Origin: Nitrospirota bacterium
GTDB taxonomy: Bacteria; Nitrospirota; UBA9217
DNA length: 64,000 nucleotides
Direction of reading: 5' to 3'
NCBI GenBank assembly: GCA_963818475.1
Contig: CAWFSF010000001.1
Coordinates: 96,001 to 160,000 of the forward strand
Shown: positions 23,199 through 35,214 of the stretch, in pieces
Layout: every line of letters starts with the position of its first letter
Position numbering within the stretch: the first letter of the stretch is position 1
The notes under the pieces: model-generated
Seen by the model: the letters and a program-made list of their open reading frames with translations, nothing else
What the model was told of the DNA's origin: nothing
The model's database searches: none
Position numbers and translations under genes: made by a program

Positions 23199-23959
23199 TT
23201 AGTGCTGAACACTCCCCTTTTCCATGATCACACTGTATTTGTAGCCGGACCCGAAGTCCTTGTCCTTGGTGATGGTGCCCTTCATGGTGACCACGTCGCC
23301 CTTTGCCGGAAGGTCATCTGAGGTTGCCACCAGGTTGTGGCTGCCGTTCTTGGGATCGCCGGTGCCGTCCTGGAGATGGATCCAGTTCATCCCCATGATA
23401 CCGGCAGATACTTTCACGACCTTGCCCTTTACGATCACGGTCTTGCCGTTCAGCGCAGCCGTCTTCTGGTATATTTCCGCCACCGTATAGGCATTCGCTC
23501 CCACAGCCTTCTCAACCTTGACGTCTCTTGTCGACCGCCGACACAGCGGCCTTGCTGCCAGGCGAGGCCTCCGAGGACGCCTTGCCTGCGGAGGACGAAG
23601 TGACCGGCCCGCCCGAGAAGTAGATCACATCGAAGGTGCGGTTCAGGCTTTTGCTCGTAAACTGAGTCATCGGCGCGCCGGGGTGCAGGAAAGCCATCTC
23701 TTTGCCGACGGTGACCTTCATCTCCGAGACCGCCACCCAGGTCTTTTTGCCTTTTTTCTCGAGCAACACATAGGTGTAGCCCCCGGCATTCATCGTTTCC
23801 ACGACTTTGCCGGAAAGAGAAGGCTCGGCGCTCGTCATCTGCCGTCACCGGCTGCGGCTTTGCCGGTGCCGTGCTGCCGTGCTGCGGTGCTGCGTACGCC
23901 GAATAGCCGAGCGGCGAAAGCACCAGGATCGTTACCCACATTGCGAGAAGTCTCTTCAT
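23199..23959 (-). CDS. Exported two-OB-fold protein (NrfJ-related type; several indels)
   Basis: Signal peptide; 'GKVVETMNAGGYTY', 'FTSKSLNRTFDVIYF', 'GIMGMNWIHLQDGTGD', 'KDFGSGYKY'. Confidence 0.7.
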
Positions 23960-24050
23960 GTCATTACTCCCTGTTCTGTTTGATTTGATCCCAACCGGTT
24001 CAGGAGGGATTGCCATGTCACGCGCCAGTTGACCGGCAGTGCAGGCCTGC

Positions 24051-24067
24051 AGCGCCAATCGTGCCAA
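24051..24067 (-). promoter_or_regulatory. Possible sigma-54 promoter
   Basis: TTGGCACGATTGGCGCT, with GG-N10-GC spacing, about 90 nt upstream of the 23959 start. Confidence 0.45.
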
Positions 24068-24193
24068 GGGTCGCTTTTTAGATAGCGAAGTTTACTTCTT
24101 TTATGATAAATAATCAAGCGGGTTTTTGTTCAAAAACGTCGGGAAGAAGCAGGGAGCAACTGGTGCGTGATCCCGCGGCTTACCGCTCCTGCC

Positions 24194-24677
24194 CTACAGT
24201 TTGTACCCGATCTTCCGCAGGAACTGCCGCCGTTCCGCCTTGTCGGCTGAGGTCTCGACCCCTTTCGGCGAAGACCCGTCGATCACGCCGAGGATGCCCC
24301 TGCCCCGGTCCGTGGATGCGATAACGACCTCCAGCGGGTTCGCTGTGGCGCAGAAGATGTGGCAGACCTCGGGGCAGTTCTTGATCGCCGTGAGAACATT
24401 GACCGGGAAGGCATTGCGGAGATAGATGCAGAAGACGTGTCCCGCGCCGAGCGCCTGCAGGGTGGCGACGCAGCTCGCTGACGAGCTCGTCATCATTTCC
24501 CTCGGTCCTGATGAGGCAGGGCCCGGACGCCTCGGTAAAAGCGACGCCGAACTTCGCCTGCGGCACCGTGGTCGCGATGATCTCGTACAGGTCCTCGGCG
24601 GTCTTGATAAAGTGCGTCTGGCCGAGAATGATGTTGCAGCCTTCGGGAATGTCAACGGTGAGGGTTTTCAGCTCCAT
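24194..24677 (-). CDS. Adenosine-specific kinase family (DUF355; one indel)
   Basis: '[18 protein letters not shown]', '[13 protein letters not shown]', 'GAGHVF', 'IFCATANP', 'RGILGVIDG'. Confidence 0.88.
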
Positions 24678-24862
24678 GTCTGCCTCCTGAACGCGGGAAA
24701 AGTAATGCCAAAAACTAACCACAGAGAACATAGAGAAATCGCAAGTTCAAAAGGGTTAAGACTTTTTACTGGCCTCCCCCTCTGCGCCGGGATGGAACAA
24801 GTTACATTGTTGGTATGAGTATAGCAGGGGTTCCTTGATTATTCAGCAGCTGGCGGGCATGA

Positions 24863-26177
24863 TCAAACTTTGATATGCAGCAGCGGCAGGCCGAGGCGCT
24901 GCCGCTTGTTCTCCCCTTTGAAGAGATTGGCAGTCCGCTGCGGCGCATCGCCCCGCGCGCCCTCATGCTGGGCCTGCTGTTTTGTGGGCAGGCTGGCCGC
25001 GTGCTGGACCGTATGCTTTCCGAACTTTTCGGACAACTGGTCCACGATGTCGTAGATCCTGCCCATTTTTTCGATCTTTGCGGTATCGTCGAACAGACCG
25101 TACTGGGTCGCTGATTCGGCGATCAGCCCCGCAAGCACCACGCCGGTCTGGCGATACAGCGTCCGGGGGCGGTATACCTGGTTGAATCCCTCGCGAAGCG
25201 GTCCGAACAGCTCGGCAGGATAGGCCGTGGGACGGCTTAGTTTTATCTCCACGCCGCTGCTCGTAAAATCCTGCTTCCGCAAAAAGACCACCAGCCGCGT
25301 TGCCGCGAGCTTGTAGCGCCGGGCCTTGATGCAGGCGTTCTCGAGGTTCTTCGCCAGCTGGGCGAACACGAAGGTCTCGTCCAGCGACGCCGGGGTGAAG
25401 GTCTTTGCCTTGCTGATCGACTGGTAGGCGCTTTTCGACTCCGTGACCACCGGGTAGACGCTCCTGCCGTTCAGCTCGTGCCAGACCTCCTGGTACGGCT
25501 TGGACAGGTGCTGCTCCACGAAAGCGCTCATCCTTGCGCGCAAAGTCGAGTGCGGACGTGATCCCGAATTTCCTGAGGAAGGCTGACGTGTTCGGCCCGA
25601 TGCCCCAGACCTTTTCTATGGGGAGGCTTTCCAGATAGCGATGGATGTCTCTCCCGGAGATCACGGTGAGGCCGTTCGGTTTCTTATGCTTCGAGCCGAC
25701 CTTCGCCAGGACCTTGGAGAGGCTGACGCCGACCGACACGGTGATCCCCAGCTCTGTCTCGATCGCCTTTCGCATCTTCTCGGCGATCGTCTCGTAGGAC
25801 CCGTGAAAGCTCCGCCTGAGGCCGGTGAGATCGACAAAGGCCTCGTCGATGGAGTATTCCTCGACATCGGGCGAGAACCGCCGCATGATCTCGAACATCC
25901 GTACGGAAAAGAGGCTGTAGGTCTCGTAGTCGGACGGCAGGATCACCGCGTCGGGACAGAGCTTCTTCACCTCGGAGAGGCGTACGCCGCGCTGCACGCC
26001 GCGCGCCTTTGCTTCGTAGCTCGCGGCCGCCACGATCCCGCGCTCCTTGCCGGTGATCACCGGCCTGCCCTTGAGCTCCGGGTGGATCGCCTGCTCGCAG
26101 GATGCAAAGAACGCATCGGCATCGAGATGGAGGATGGCCTGCGGCCAGGAGGAAATGGTGAGGGGTTGATTGTCCAC
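24863..26177 (-). CDS. dinB: DNA polymerase IV (Y family; one indel near 25530; probable leaderless GTG start)
   Basis: 'HLDADAFFASCEQ', 'AAASYEAK', 'YSIDEAFVD', 'VWGIG', little-finger 'YRQTGVVL'. Confidence 0.9.
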
Positions 26178-26184
26178 AGCAGGC

Positions 26185-26213
26185 ATTGTAGGTGAACAGG
26201 TGTTCACTGTCAA
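26185..26213 (-). promoter_or_regulatory. Sigma-70 promoter with a palindromic GTGAAC-N4-GTTCAC (LexA-like) operator in the spacer
   Basis: Minus strand TTGACA-gtgaacacctgttcacc (17 nt)-TACAAT. Confidence 0.75.
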
Positions 26214-26259
26214 CCCATAAACTGCGTGGGTCGAAATGATAATTCAAACGGGTGGAAGG

Positions 26260-26625
26260 CTATGCATCTTTCGAATCAAAGGCCGCCTTCACAATGCGGC
26301 GCAGTTCACTGGCCTTGACCGGCTTATTGATATACTCGAAGGCGCCGCCGCTGATGTTCTGGAGATAGGACTCAACGCTGCTGTATGCCGTAAGCATGAT
26401 CACCGGCACGGACGGGGCGTCCTTCTTGAGCACGGCGATCAGTTCGGAACCCTTCATGCCGGGCATAAGGTTATCGGTCAGGACCAGGTCAACCCTGGCC
26501 CCACCCCTGATCACGGACAATGCCGACTCGGCATCGGTCTTTGCAATGACATGGTAATCGCTCAGCGTTTCTCCCAGGATCTTCAGTATCTCGGGCTCAT
26601 CATCAACCAACAGAATGGTCTTCAC
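26260..26625 (-). CDS. Single-domain response regulator
   Basis: 'ILLVDDEP', '[11 protein letters not shown]', 'MLTAY', 'YINKP'. Confidence 0.9.
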   Translation of the reverse strand: MKTILLVDDEPEILKILGETLSDYHVIAKTDAESALSVIRGGARVDLVLTDNLMPGMKGSELIAVLKKDAPSVPVIMLTAYSSVESYLQNISGGAFEYINKPVKASELRRIVKAAFDSKDA

Positions 26626-26662
26626 AGTGCTTTGCTCCTCTCAAAAGGACTGGGCAAGAAGT

Positions 26663-28678
26663 TTACTCCACCTTCACGCCTACCGCCATCTCCTGCTGCT
26701 GCAGCGACCTGATCTTGTCGCTGCAGCTCGGCCGCGGTCTCGAAATCAAGCTCCTTTGCCGCAGCGCGCATCTGTTTGTCGAGCCGCGCGACCAGCGCCG
26801 GAATGTTCACCGTGGACACATACTCGCCGGCATCCTCCGCCGCGATCGGGACCGTGAAGTAATCCTGTTCGTACACCGTGCGCAGCGCGGTCTGGATGTT
26901 CTTCTTGATGGACTGCGGCGTGATGTTGTGCTCTTTATTGTACGCTTCCTGCACCGTGCGGCGCCGGTTCGTCTCGGCGATGGCGTTCCGCATGGAGTCG
27001 GTCATCTTGTCCGCATAGAGGATCACCTCGCCGTTCACATGCCGGGCCGCGCGGCCCATGGTCTGGATGAGCGAGCGCGTGGAGCGCAGGAACCCTTCCT
27101 TGTCGGCGTCCAGGATGGCCACGAGCGACACCTCGGGGATGTCCAGTCCTTCGCGCAGCAGATTGATGCCGATCAGCACGTCGTACTTGCCCATGCGCAG
27201 GTCGCGGATGATATCGACCCGCTCCAGGGTGTCGATGTCGGAGTGCAGGTAGGCGACCTTCACGTTCAGTTCCTTGTAGTGCTCGGTCAGGTCCTCTGCC
27301 ATGCGCTTCGTGAGCGTGGTGACCAGCACGCGCTCGTGCGACTCGGCCCGCTTTCGCACTTCGTTCAGAAGATCGTCCACCTGCCCCTTGACCGGCCTGA
27401 TCGCTGATCTCCGGGTCCGTCAGGCCGGTCGGCCTGATGACCTGTTCGATGATCCGCCTTGCCGGACTTTTCCATCTCGAAATCGGCCGGCGTGGCCGAC
27501 ACGTACACGGTCTGGTGCACCCGCTCCTCGAACTCCTCGAAATTGAGCGGCCGGTTGTCGAGCGCCGAAGGCAGGCGGAAGCCGTATTCAACGAGGGTCA
27601 TCTTCCGGGCCCGGTCGCCGTTATACATGCCGCCGATCTGCGGTATGGTGGCATGGGACTCGTCGACGACGAGGAGATAGTCCTTGGGGAAGTAGTCGAT
27701 CAGGGTCGGCGGCGGTTCGCCCGGGCGCCCGTCCCGAAAGGTGGCGGGAATAGTTCTCGATGCCGTGGCAGTAGCCCATCTCCTGGATCATCTCAAGGTC
27801 GAACATGGTGCGCTGCTCGATGCGCTGCGCTTCGATGAGCTTGTTCGCCTTGCGGAAACTGCTGGATGCGCTCCCGGAGCTCTTCGTGGATGCCGTCCAT
27901 GGCCGCCTTCATGCGCGACTCGGGGATCACGTAATGGGAGTTCGGATAGATGGCGATCTTTTCGAGCTTCCGGAGCGGCGTGCCGAGCAGCGGATCGAAC
28001 TCGGCGATCGCGTCGATCTCGTCGCCGAACAGCTCGATCCGGATGGCCGTGCTCTCATGCGACGCCGGGAAGATCTCGACCACGTCGCCGCGCACCCGGA
28101 AGGTGCCGCGGTGGAAATCGAAGTCGTTCCGCGTCGTACTGGATGTCCACCAGCTTTCGGAGCATGCTCGTTCGCGCTCGATGCGCTGCCCCTTTTCGAG
28201 GAACAGCAGCATGCCGTGGTAGGCTTCGGGCGAGCCCAGGCCGTAGATGCACGAGACCGAGGACGACGACGATCACGTCGTTCCGCTCAAAGAGCGAATT
28301 GGTGGCCGAATGGCGCATGCGGTCGATCTGTTCGTTGATGGACGAATCCTTTTCGATGTAGGTGTCCGTCGTGGGAAGGTAGGCCTCGGGCTGGTAGTAG
28401 TCGTAGTAGGAGACAAAATACTCGACCGCATTGTCCGGAAAGAGCTCCTTGAACTCGTTGTAGAGCTGGGCTGCCAGCGTCTTGTTGTGGGCGATCACGA
28501 GCGTGGGCTTCTGGACCTGTTCGACCACGTTCGCCATGGTAAAGGTCTTGCCCGAACCGGTCACGCCGAGCAGTACCTGGTGCTTCTGGCCCTTCAGTAT
28601 CCCGCTCGCAAGCTTTTCAATGGCCTGCGGCTGGTCGCCGGTCGGCTTAAACTCCGATATGATCTTGAATTTCGTCAT
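26663..28678 (-). CDS. uvrB: Excinuclease ABC subunit B (several indels)
   Basis: 'PTGDQPQAI', '[12 protein letters not shown]', '[13 protein letters not shown]', '[13 protein letters not shown]', '[11 protein letters not shown]', '[11 protein letters not shown]'. Confidence 0.93.
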
Positions 28679-28820
28679 GCTGGATATTACTCTACTGCAC
28701 CGGGATGTGTCAATCTACGGCTTGATACCGATGCACATCGATCCGACGTTAGTATGAGCAAACCCGTTGATTTTCAAGAATCCAAAGGCATGACAAGCAT
28801 CTGCCATACAGACACATTTT

Positions 28821-28891
28821 CGTCATTCCCGAGTGGATTTAATCGGGAATTCAGAGATTATTAACGTCCCTGGGTCCCCGATCAGTGACTC
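28821..28891. repeat. Second copy of the GTCATTCCCG double-hairpin element
   Basis: cgtcattcccga..tttaatcgggaat..ctgggtccccgat..actc, matching 19050-19129. Confidence 0.65.
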
Positions 28892-29053
28892 AGCGTCGTC
28901 GTGGTTGAAGACGGGATATGGTGGGTCTGAACCAGGTAAAATTCACTTGTATTTTGAAAGTATCATGATAATATTAAGCACTGGTCCTGCTACTATAGTT
29001 GTACGTTTTTTTGAGAAATACATTATGCTCGAAAAAAGACAGAGGAGGCGATC

Positions 29054-31537
29054 ATGCGGTCATCTGAAATACTAAAAAAGGGCATTCTGTTCTGTGTCAT
29101 AGCAGTCCTTGGTGCTTCGTGCAGCGGCAAAGGCGAGGGCGGCGGTTCATCCTCCGGGCACATCGGGCTTTCTCCGCTCATTGTCACCGACAAGGTAAGC
29201 GTCGTCACACCCCAGACCCAGTCTTCCGTCAGCGGCAAACCCCAGTTGGCCGGGAAGCAAAGCATCGCTCCGCTTCTCTTCGGCGCGGTCTTAAGCGACC
29301 TTACCGCTTCCTCTGACTACGTCAACGACAAGGTCAGCGTTTACGTCAATGAGCGTTCGCTCGAATCATTCCGTTCGGTGAACGAGATCCTGTGCATGAT
29401 ACGCCAGTCGCGGTACGACCTGATGCTGAACAAAGGACCCTATCGGGCGCAGGTGGACAAGAACCTCTGCAGCAGCAACCGGGACAGCGCTTCGAGCGCC
29501 GGCCAGTCATCGACGGACCAGTCATCAGGGTCCACCATGCCCCAGTACGAGACCTGGACCGTTGATTCATACCGTACGAGCGCTCAGTGCGCCGCACGTC
29601 GTCCGGGTATGGGTGCATTCCACGCCCAAGCCGGGCGAACCGGACACGGTGATCCTTGCGCAAATGGATCATCACCGAGGGCGCCGACACGGCCCCGCCC
29701 TATGGCATCTTCAAGACCAATTTCAAGGCCCTTGACAAGCAGACCCTTTCTACGGTGCATTAAAGGGATTTCTGAACGCCGAGCGAGATCCGCTTCACGG
29801 CAAGGTTCTGCTGAAGTTCTCCGTCCGAGGACAAGGACAGCTATTCATGAGAAGGCGACGCTGACAAGGACCCGGCCGGCGCAAGCGGATCGGCAGCGTC
29901 CTTAAGGTCCAGAGCTTCCCCGACCAGACGCCGTCGACCGACCGGTTCGACCTCGCTTATGACTCACCAACTTCCTGCGATCGGATGATTTCGGGCACAC
30001 AGCATCTGCCTCGACCGAGTGAACTTCAAAGTATCGGCCTGGCGGTACGGACTGTATACGACTGCCACGTCGCCCGCCGGCCCTGCCGGTACCCGCGTCA
30101 CCCGGAACTCGAACTTCACGGTCAAAAAGGTCAATCCCGATCTCTACGGGTCCATCGGTTACTGGGGTGCCTGGTTCCCCGCCGGGACTACGGTCACTGA
30201 TAACGAGCAAGTGCTACAAACACGATTACTCCACGAACACCGATACGCCCTTCACGGTCTTGAGCGGGGCGGTAAGCTGAAGAAGTACACAAGGAACATC
30301 ATCACCCTCGCTGACATCAAGAACATCCCGCTCGTCTGGTTCGAGTCCAGTTCGATGTATCCTGGTGGCATGGAACGGATCTTCATTCACAAGACTGGCC
30401 GAGAGTCAAACAGATGGGTCCTGGAAATCGATCGACCCGCTGCACGCCTGAAGCACTCTTCAGCCTGAGCGCACTGAACTGGGTTGATCGACGTTCTGGT
30501 CACAGGCATTAAGTGGTTCCGTGATTGTGAGACTTCATGAACCTCTAAACGGGAATTCCTGTTCCACGACCAGCCCGTACGACTGCTCGTCAGCCGCAAA
30601 AGCCACGACACACGTCGTCTATTTCAAAGAGCAGCGTCGTGTCCCCGGCGATGCGGTCCCGCCGAAGCTGGCCTGTTTCGATCGCTGCCCGGATGCTGCG
30701 TCGTTGGCCACTACGAACCCGTTCCGGACAGACATCCAGAGTTACCAGTTTGTGAACCACGCCGACGCTCGCGACCTATGCCTCGTATTCGTTCGGTTCC
30801 ACGACGATGCTGCGTGGACCAGGATAGCACCACCGCGCTGCGGTCACAGCCGCTACAACCACGTCTCCCTTCAGAACGGGATCACGAGCGGGCCCTGTTC
30901 GACCCCTCGACGACGAATCTGAACCTCCTTGCCTGCGATTGGGATGCCGCCACCACCTGCGGCGACAAGGCCTGGACGCATTGAACGACTTCTTTGTCTG
31001 GGAGACCGGTCCGAATTCATGGAACCGGTTCGTGACGGTCACGGATGTCAGCACCGGCACGCCGGTTAAATTCGACCAGCCGATCCAGGTGAAGTATGTC
31101 CATAACCAGCCGACGTGACTGCGCCTGACAATAAATACGACGGGATCATGTTCTTTCTTGAATACAGCGGCTTCGGCGATCTCCACGGCATCCCGGGCAA
31201 GTGCGTGAACATGGATAGGAGGCATTGATCGCGGACTCAGCCAGGGACGACGCAACCAGACCATCCGGTGGGTTCCTGAATTCACCATTCCCGTTCAGCA
31301 GACGAATAATGACCTGACGACCGTGATCAATGTCGCAAACCCTGCTTCAACCTATTTTGTTAAACCGCTTGAAAACGAAGAACGCATGAACAGTGCCGCG
31401 TTAGCAAGTACGGTGGACAGGCCTCTAGACCTCTCCGTATTCGCTCCCGAGTATGAGTTCCTGGATCGATCCGGCGATCGGCACCGAGCCGGTGATCACC
31501 GCTCCACCCGCAGTGGTCGGCGGGCGTCGTGCAGTAG
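29054..31537 (+). CDS. Large (~800 aa) uncharacterised Ser/Thr/Cys-rich lipoprotein, heavily frameshifted in this assembly
   Basis: RBS gaggag; lipobox LGASC; protein-like segments continue through alternating frames ('VNEILCMIRQSRY', 'AWRYGLY', 'IGYWGAW', 'GKLKKYT', 'WETGPNSWN', 'LEYSGFGDLHGIPG', 'RWVPEFTIP', 'PAVVGGVVQ*'). Confidence 0.65.
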
Positions 31538-31554
31538 AACTATTCCTTTCCTGC

Positions 31555-31589
31555 GAAGGGCGGAGCATTTGCTCCGCCCTTTCTTTTTT
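31555..31589 (+). terminator. Rho-independent terminator
   Basis: gaagggcggagca-tt-tgctccgccctttc followed by a T-run. Confidence 0.8.
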
Positions 31590-31636
31590 GCTCGAACAGA
31601 AGGAGCTCTTTGGAACATGCATCAATCGGAGGAATA

Positions 31637-31726
31637 ATGCGGCAGCATTTCACCCTGTCCCTCATCGTCTTCATGGTCATCATTGCTTCACAAGGGAGCA
31701 CCGCTTCGGACAGCCCGCGGTCCTGA
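31637..31726 (+). pseudogene. 29-codon ORF resembling a lone signal peptide (probable gene remnant)
   Basis: RBS ggagga; MRQHFTLSLIVFMVIIASQGSTASDSPRS*. Confidence 0.35.
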
Positions 31727-31744
31727 CGAGGGCATGCCGGTTCG

Positions 31745-32219
31745 TCAATGGTTCCGTTCATAGCGGATGACCGCATAGGGGATCTCCTCCACCACTTCCT
31801 CCCGGCTGATCTCGGTGAACGCCGCCGGGATCTCCGGGAAGAAGGCATCTCCTTCATAGACCCGGTGGACCACCGTCAGGTAAATGCGGTCCGCCCGTGC
31901 TATCGTCTCCTGATAGAGCGGACCTCCCCCGCAGATGAACACCTCATCCTCGTTGCCGCACAGGCGTAGCGCATCAGCAAGGCTGTGAACCACTGATGCA
32001 CCCTCAACGCGATAGTCCCTTTGCCCCGTCAAAATGATGTTCTTCCTGCCGGGAAGCGGACGGCCGATGCTTTCGAAGGTCTTCCGTCCAAAGATGACCG
32101 GATGCCCCATCGTGATCTCGCTGAAGCGCTTCAGGTCGGACGGTATTGACCAGGGAATCCTGTTTCCAGCGGCCGATGACGCGGTTCTCGGACATGGCGG
32201 CAATAAGCGATAGGATCAT
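31745..32219 (-). CDS. folA: Dihydrofolate reductase (one indel near 32170)
   Basis: 'MILSLIAAMSENRVIG', 'IPW.IP.DLKRF', 'GRKTFESIGRPLPGRKNII', 'ICGGG', 'EGDAFFP'. Confidence 0.92.
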
Positions 32220-32399
32220 GAACCTACACTAGCAGACCGGCGAGGTGCTGTCAAAGGGAATGGGGAAGAAGAGCAGGCCGGGTGCAAACCGGTACAGATC
32301 ACGTATACAAAAAATAAACTCCCACCCAAGACTGCCTGGGCAGGAGTTATCGTTCTTGTCGTGATCATCCGGTGACGGATCACCGAGGCAGTTGAGAAT

Positions 32400-32960
32400 C
32401 TACCGCACCAGCAGGTACAGCAGCACGGCGAGGCCGGCGAGCACGCCGATGGCGGTCTCGTGCTCCGAGTTTTCCTTCACCACCTCAAAGCTCCAGCGGT
32501 TCGTTCCCCTGCCCGGATAGGGAGAGAGGCGCGGCAGATAATCAGGCACTGCATTGTCGTATTCGATCCAGGGCTGGCCGAAGCTGCTGATGAGCTTCTC
32601 GTTCTCCTGTTTCTTTTTGTAGGGTGCAAAATAGATAAAGAACCAGACGAAGCCGCCGATCATGATCCAGTAGTTCTTGGCCATGACACTGTAACCCAGC
32701 GTGATCAGCAACGTCCCGATGTAGAGCGGGTTCTTGACATAGGAATAGGGGCCGGTGTTGGTGAGCTGCTTGTTCTTCCGGAGATGGCCGGCTGCCCAGA
32801 GCCGAAGCCATTCTCCAAAGAGCGTGATGGCCGCGCCTGCTACGAACCAGACCATCTCGACCTTTGCAGTATAGAACAGGATGACACACACGATGGCCGC
32901 CAGCACTGTCTTGCCCGTGATCTTCGTAAGCTTGTACTGCAGGGTCCCTTTTTTCGCCAT
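32400..32960 (-). CDS. Membrane methyltransferase, ICMT/PEMT family
   Basis: 'GEWLRLWAAGH', 'L...GPYSYVKNPLYIG', 'E..L...FG..W..Y...VP.YLP'. Confidence 0.8.
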   Translation of the reverse strand: MAKKGTLQYKLTKITGKTVLAAIVCVILFYTAKVEMVWFVAGAAITLFGEWLRLWAAGHLRKNKQLTNTGPYSYVKNPLYIGTLLITLGYSVMAKNYWIMIGGFVWFFIYFAPYKKKQENEKLISSFGQPWIEYDNAVPDYLPRLSPYPGRGTNRWSFEVVKENSEHETAIGVLAGLAVLLYLLVR

Positions 32961-33023
32961 GATTCGCTCCTTTGTGAATTTAAACGTTTCCTCGTCCCCG
33001 GTCCCGCGGACGATTGTTCCTGC

Positions 33024-33686
33024 TTACCATTTTCTCGGCATGACCAGGTTCCTGAGCTTCCGCCATTTGCGTTCTTCAGCGCTCATCAGTTCCGGGGCAT
33101 AGAGGCATTTGAGTTTGATGAGCGACAGCCGGTCGGCCAGGCTGAGCGCCCAGGCCAGACAGGGGCCGATGATCCACACGCCGCCGGGATGAAAGGCCGA
33201 CGCCAGGTCGATGACAAAGACCTTGCCATCCACCAGCAGAATATTCGAACGGCGCTGAAGATCGAGATGGACCCATCCGCGCTCGTGCAGATCAGCGATG
33301 ATCACTTCGAACTGTTTGATGATCCCCGGCCCGATCTCGCCCGGCAGATGGCTGCCGAGGTCCCTGCCTTCGAGGTATTCTATGGCGATGGCGAAGGGCG
33401 TAAGCCGCTTGAACCGTGACGGGAAACCTTCAATACCGGCAAGCGCCGCATAGGCACGGCACTCGCGGGCGATGACCATGCGCCCCACGAGGTTCCGTTC
33501 GAAAAATCCCTTGTTCCCGAAATCTTTGACCACGAACCGCTGTCCGCCCGAAGAGGCAACGAACACGTCCGCCTTGTAGAGCTTCCCGGTGATGAGGACC
33601 TTCTCGCGATTCGCAACAGCCTCGCTGTATGATAGATCAGGGCGCATAGACCACTGTTTGTCTAACGAAGGTCCGTTAGTTTCCAA
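33024..33686 (-). CDS. RIO1/Kdo-kinase-like protein
   Basis: 'VVKDF', 'IAREC.AY..L', 'LHERGWVHLDL..RSNIL', 'VIDLASA'. Confidence 0.75.
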   Translation of the reverse strand: METNGPSLDKQWSMRPDLSYSEAVANREKVLITGKLYKADVFVASSGGQRFVVKDFGNKGFFERNLVGRMVIARECRAYAALAGIEGFPSRFKRLTPFAIAIEYLEGRDLGSHLPGEIGPGIIKQFEVIIADLHERGWVHLDLQRRSNILLVDGKVFVIDLASAFHPGGVWIIGPCLAWALSLADRLSLIKLKCLYAPELMSAEERKWRKLRNLVMPRKW

Positions 33687-35168
33687 AATCTTTTAAAAAT
33701 TGGGTCAGGAGCCGGACTCCGATGCCGGTCGCGCCCTTTGGCGTGTACGGGCGGTCCTTTTCGGTCCATGCGGTGGCGGCAATATCGATGTGCACCCAGG
33801 GGTATTTCTGCACGAACTTGGACAGGAGCGCTGACGCCGTGATGACCGAGGCAGCCCTGCCGCCCGTGTTCTTCATATCGGCGATGTCGCTCTTGATCTG
33901 GTCATAATAGCTCTCCCAGAGCGGCAGTTCCCAAACGCGCTCTCCGGTCTTCTCACCGGCGGAGCGCATCTGCTGTTTGTACCGGTCTGAAGTGCCGAGC
34001 ATGCCGGCGGCCTCATGTCCCAGCGCGATGGTGCAGGCGCCGGTGAGCGTCGCGATATCGACGATCACGGACGGTTTGTATCTGCAGGCATAGGTGAGAG
34101 CATCCGCAAGGATCAGCCTTCCTTCAGCATCGGTATTGACGATCTCGATGGTCTGGCCGGAGAGGGTGCGAAGCACGTCGCCGGGTTTCAAGGCCCTGCC
34201 GCCCGGCATGTTTTCCGCCGCAGGCAGCAGGCCGACGATGTTCAGTTTTAGCTTGAGCGCCGCTGCATTGCGGATGGCGCCGAGCACGGCTGCGCCGCCG
34301 GACATGTCGTCCTTCATCCTGTCCATGTTCTCGGCCGGCTTGATCGAGATGCCGCCGGAATCGAAGGTGATGCTCTTGCCCACGAGCGCAATGAACGGGC
34401 GGGAGCCGCCGCCACGGTACTCGATGATGATGAACTTCGGAGGCTGGATGCTCCCGGCTGCGACGCCGAGGAACGCGCCCATGCCCAGTTTTTCGATCTG
34501 CTTCCGTTCGAGGACCTGGAGCTTCAGTCCGTACTGCCGGGCGATATCCCGGGCCACGCCGGCCAGGACCGTCGGCGTCATGTCCGCGCCGGGATGGTTC
34601 ACCATATCGCGCGCCAGCAGCTGCCGATTCGGCAATGATCGTGCCTGCAGCGACGCCTTTGCGCATTGCCGCAACCGATGCAGGCGACCCGGCGAGGAGC
34701 GTGAGCGCCTTGATCTCTTTCCGTTTGCTGTTCTCTTCGTTCGTTTTATATTTCAGAAACCGGTAAAGCCCGAGCATGCTCCCCTCGGTAAGCGCCTGCG
34801 CCGTCTCTTCAGCATCAAGACCGAGCCCTTCAGAAGCTGAACACGATCGATTCCGCCCCGCTGGTCCGGGCATGGGAGGAAGCCTTGCCCGCTGCCAGCC
34901 GGAGCCGGTCCAGGGTCAGGTCGGCCCGCTTGCCGAGCCCCACCAGGATGAGCCGATCGGCAGCCATGCTTCCCCCGGGATAGAGAAGATGGACGCTGCC
35001 GGGCCGGGCAGTGAAATCTCCCCGCTTGATGATCCGGGAGATCATCGTTCCCAGGTTTCGGTCCGCGCGCTCCTGCTCCCGCCCGGGCTTTCCGTCCTCG
35101 AACACGGGAAGGATTACTGCTCCGGTCTTCAGTTTTTCCAGAGTGCCGCTGACGACGCTGATCTTCAT
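33676..35168 (-). CDS. pepA: Leucyl aminopeptidase M17 (indels near 34850 and 34630)
   Basis: 'LVGKSITFDSGG', 'MKDDMSGGA', 'NTDAEGRLILAD', 'DIATLTGA', 'WVHIDIA'. Confidence 0.92.
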
Positions 35169-35214
35169 GGTTCCTATCCTGCCCGGCCTGCGCCGGTCTC
35201 CCGGGCGCTGCTGG

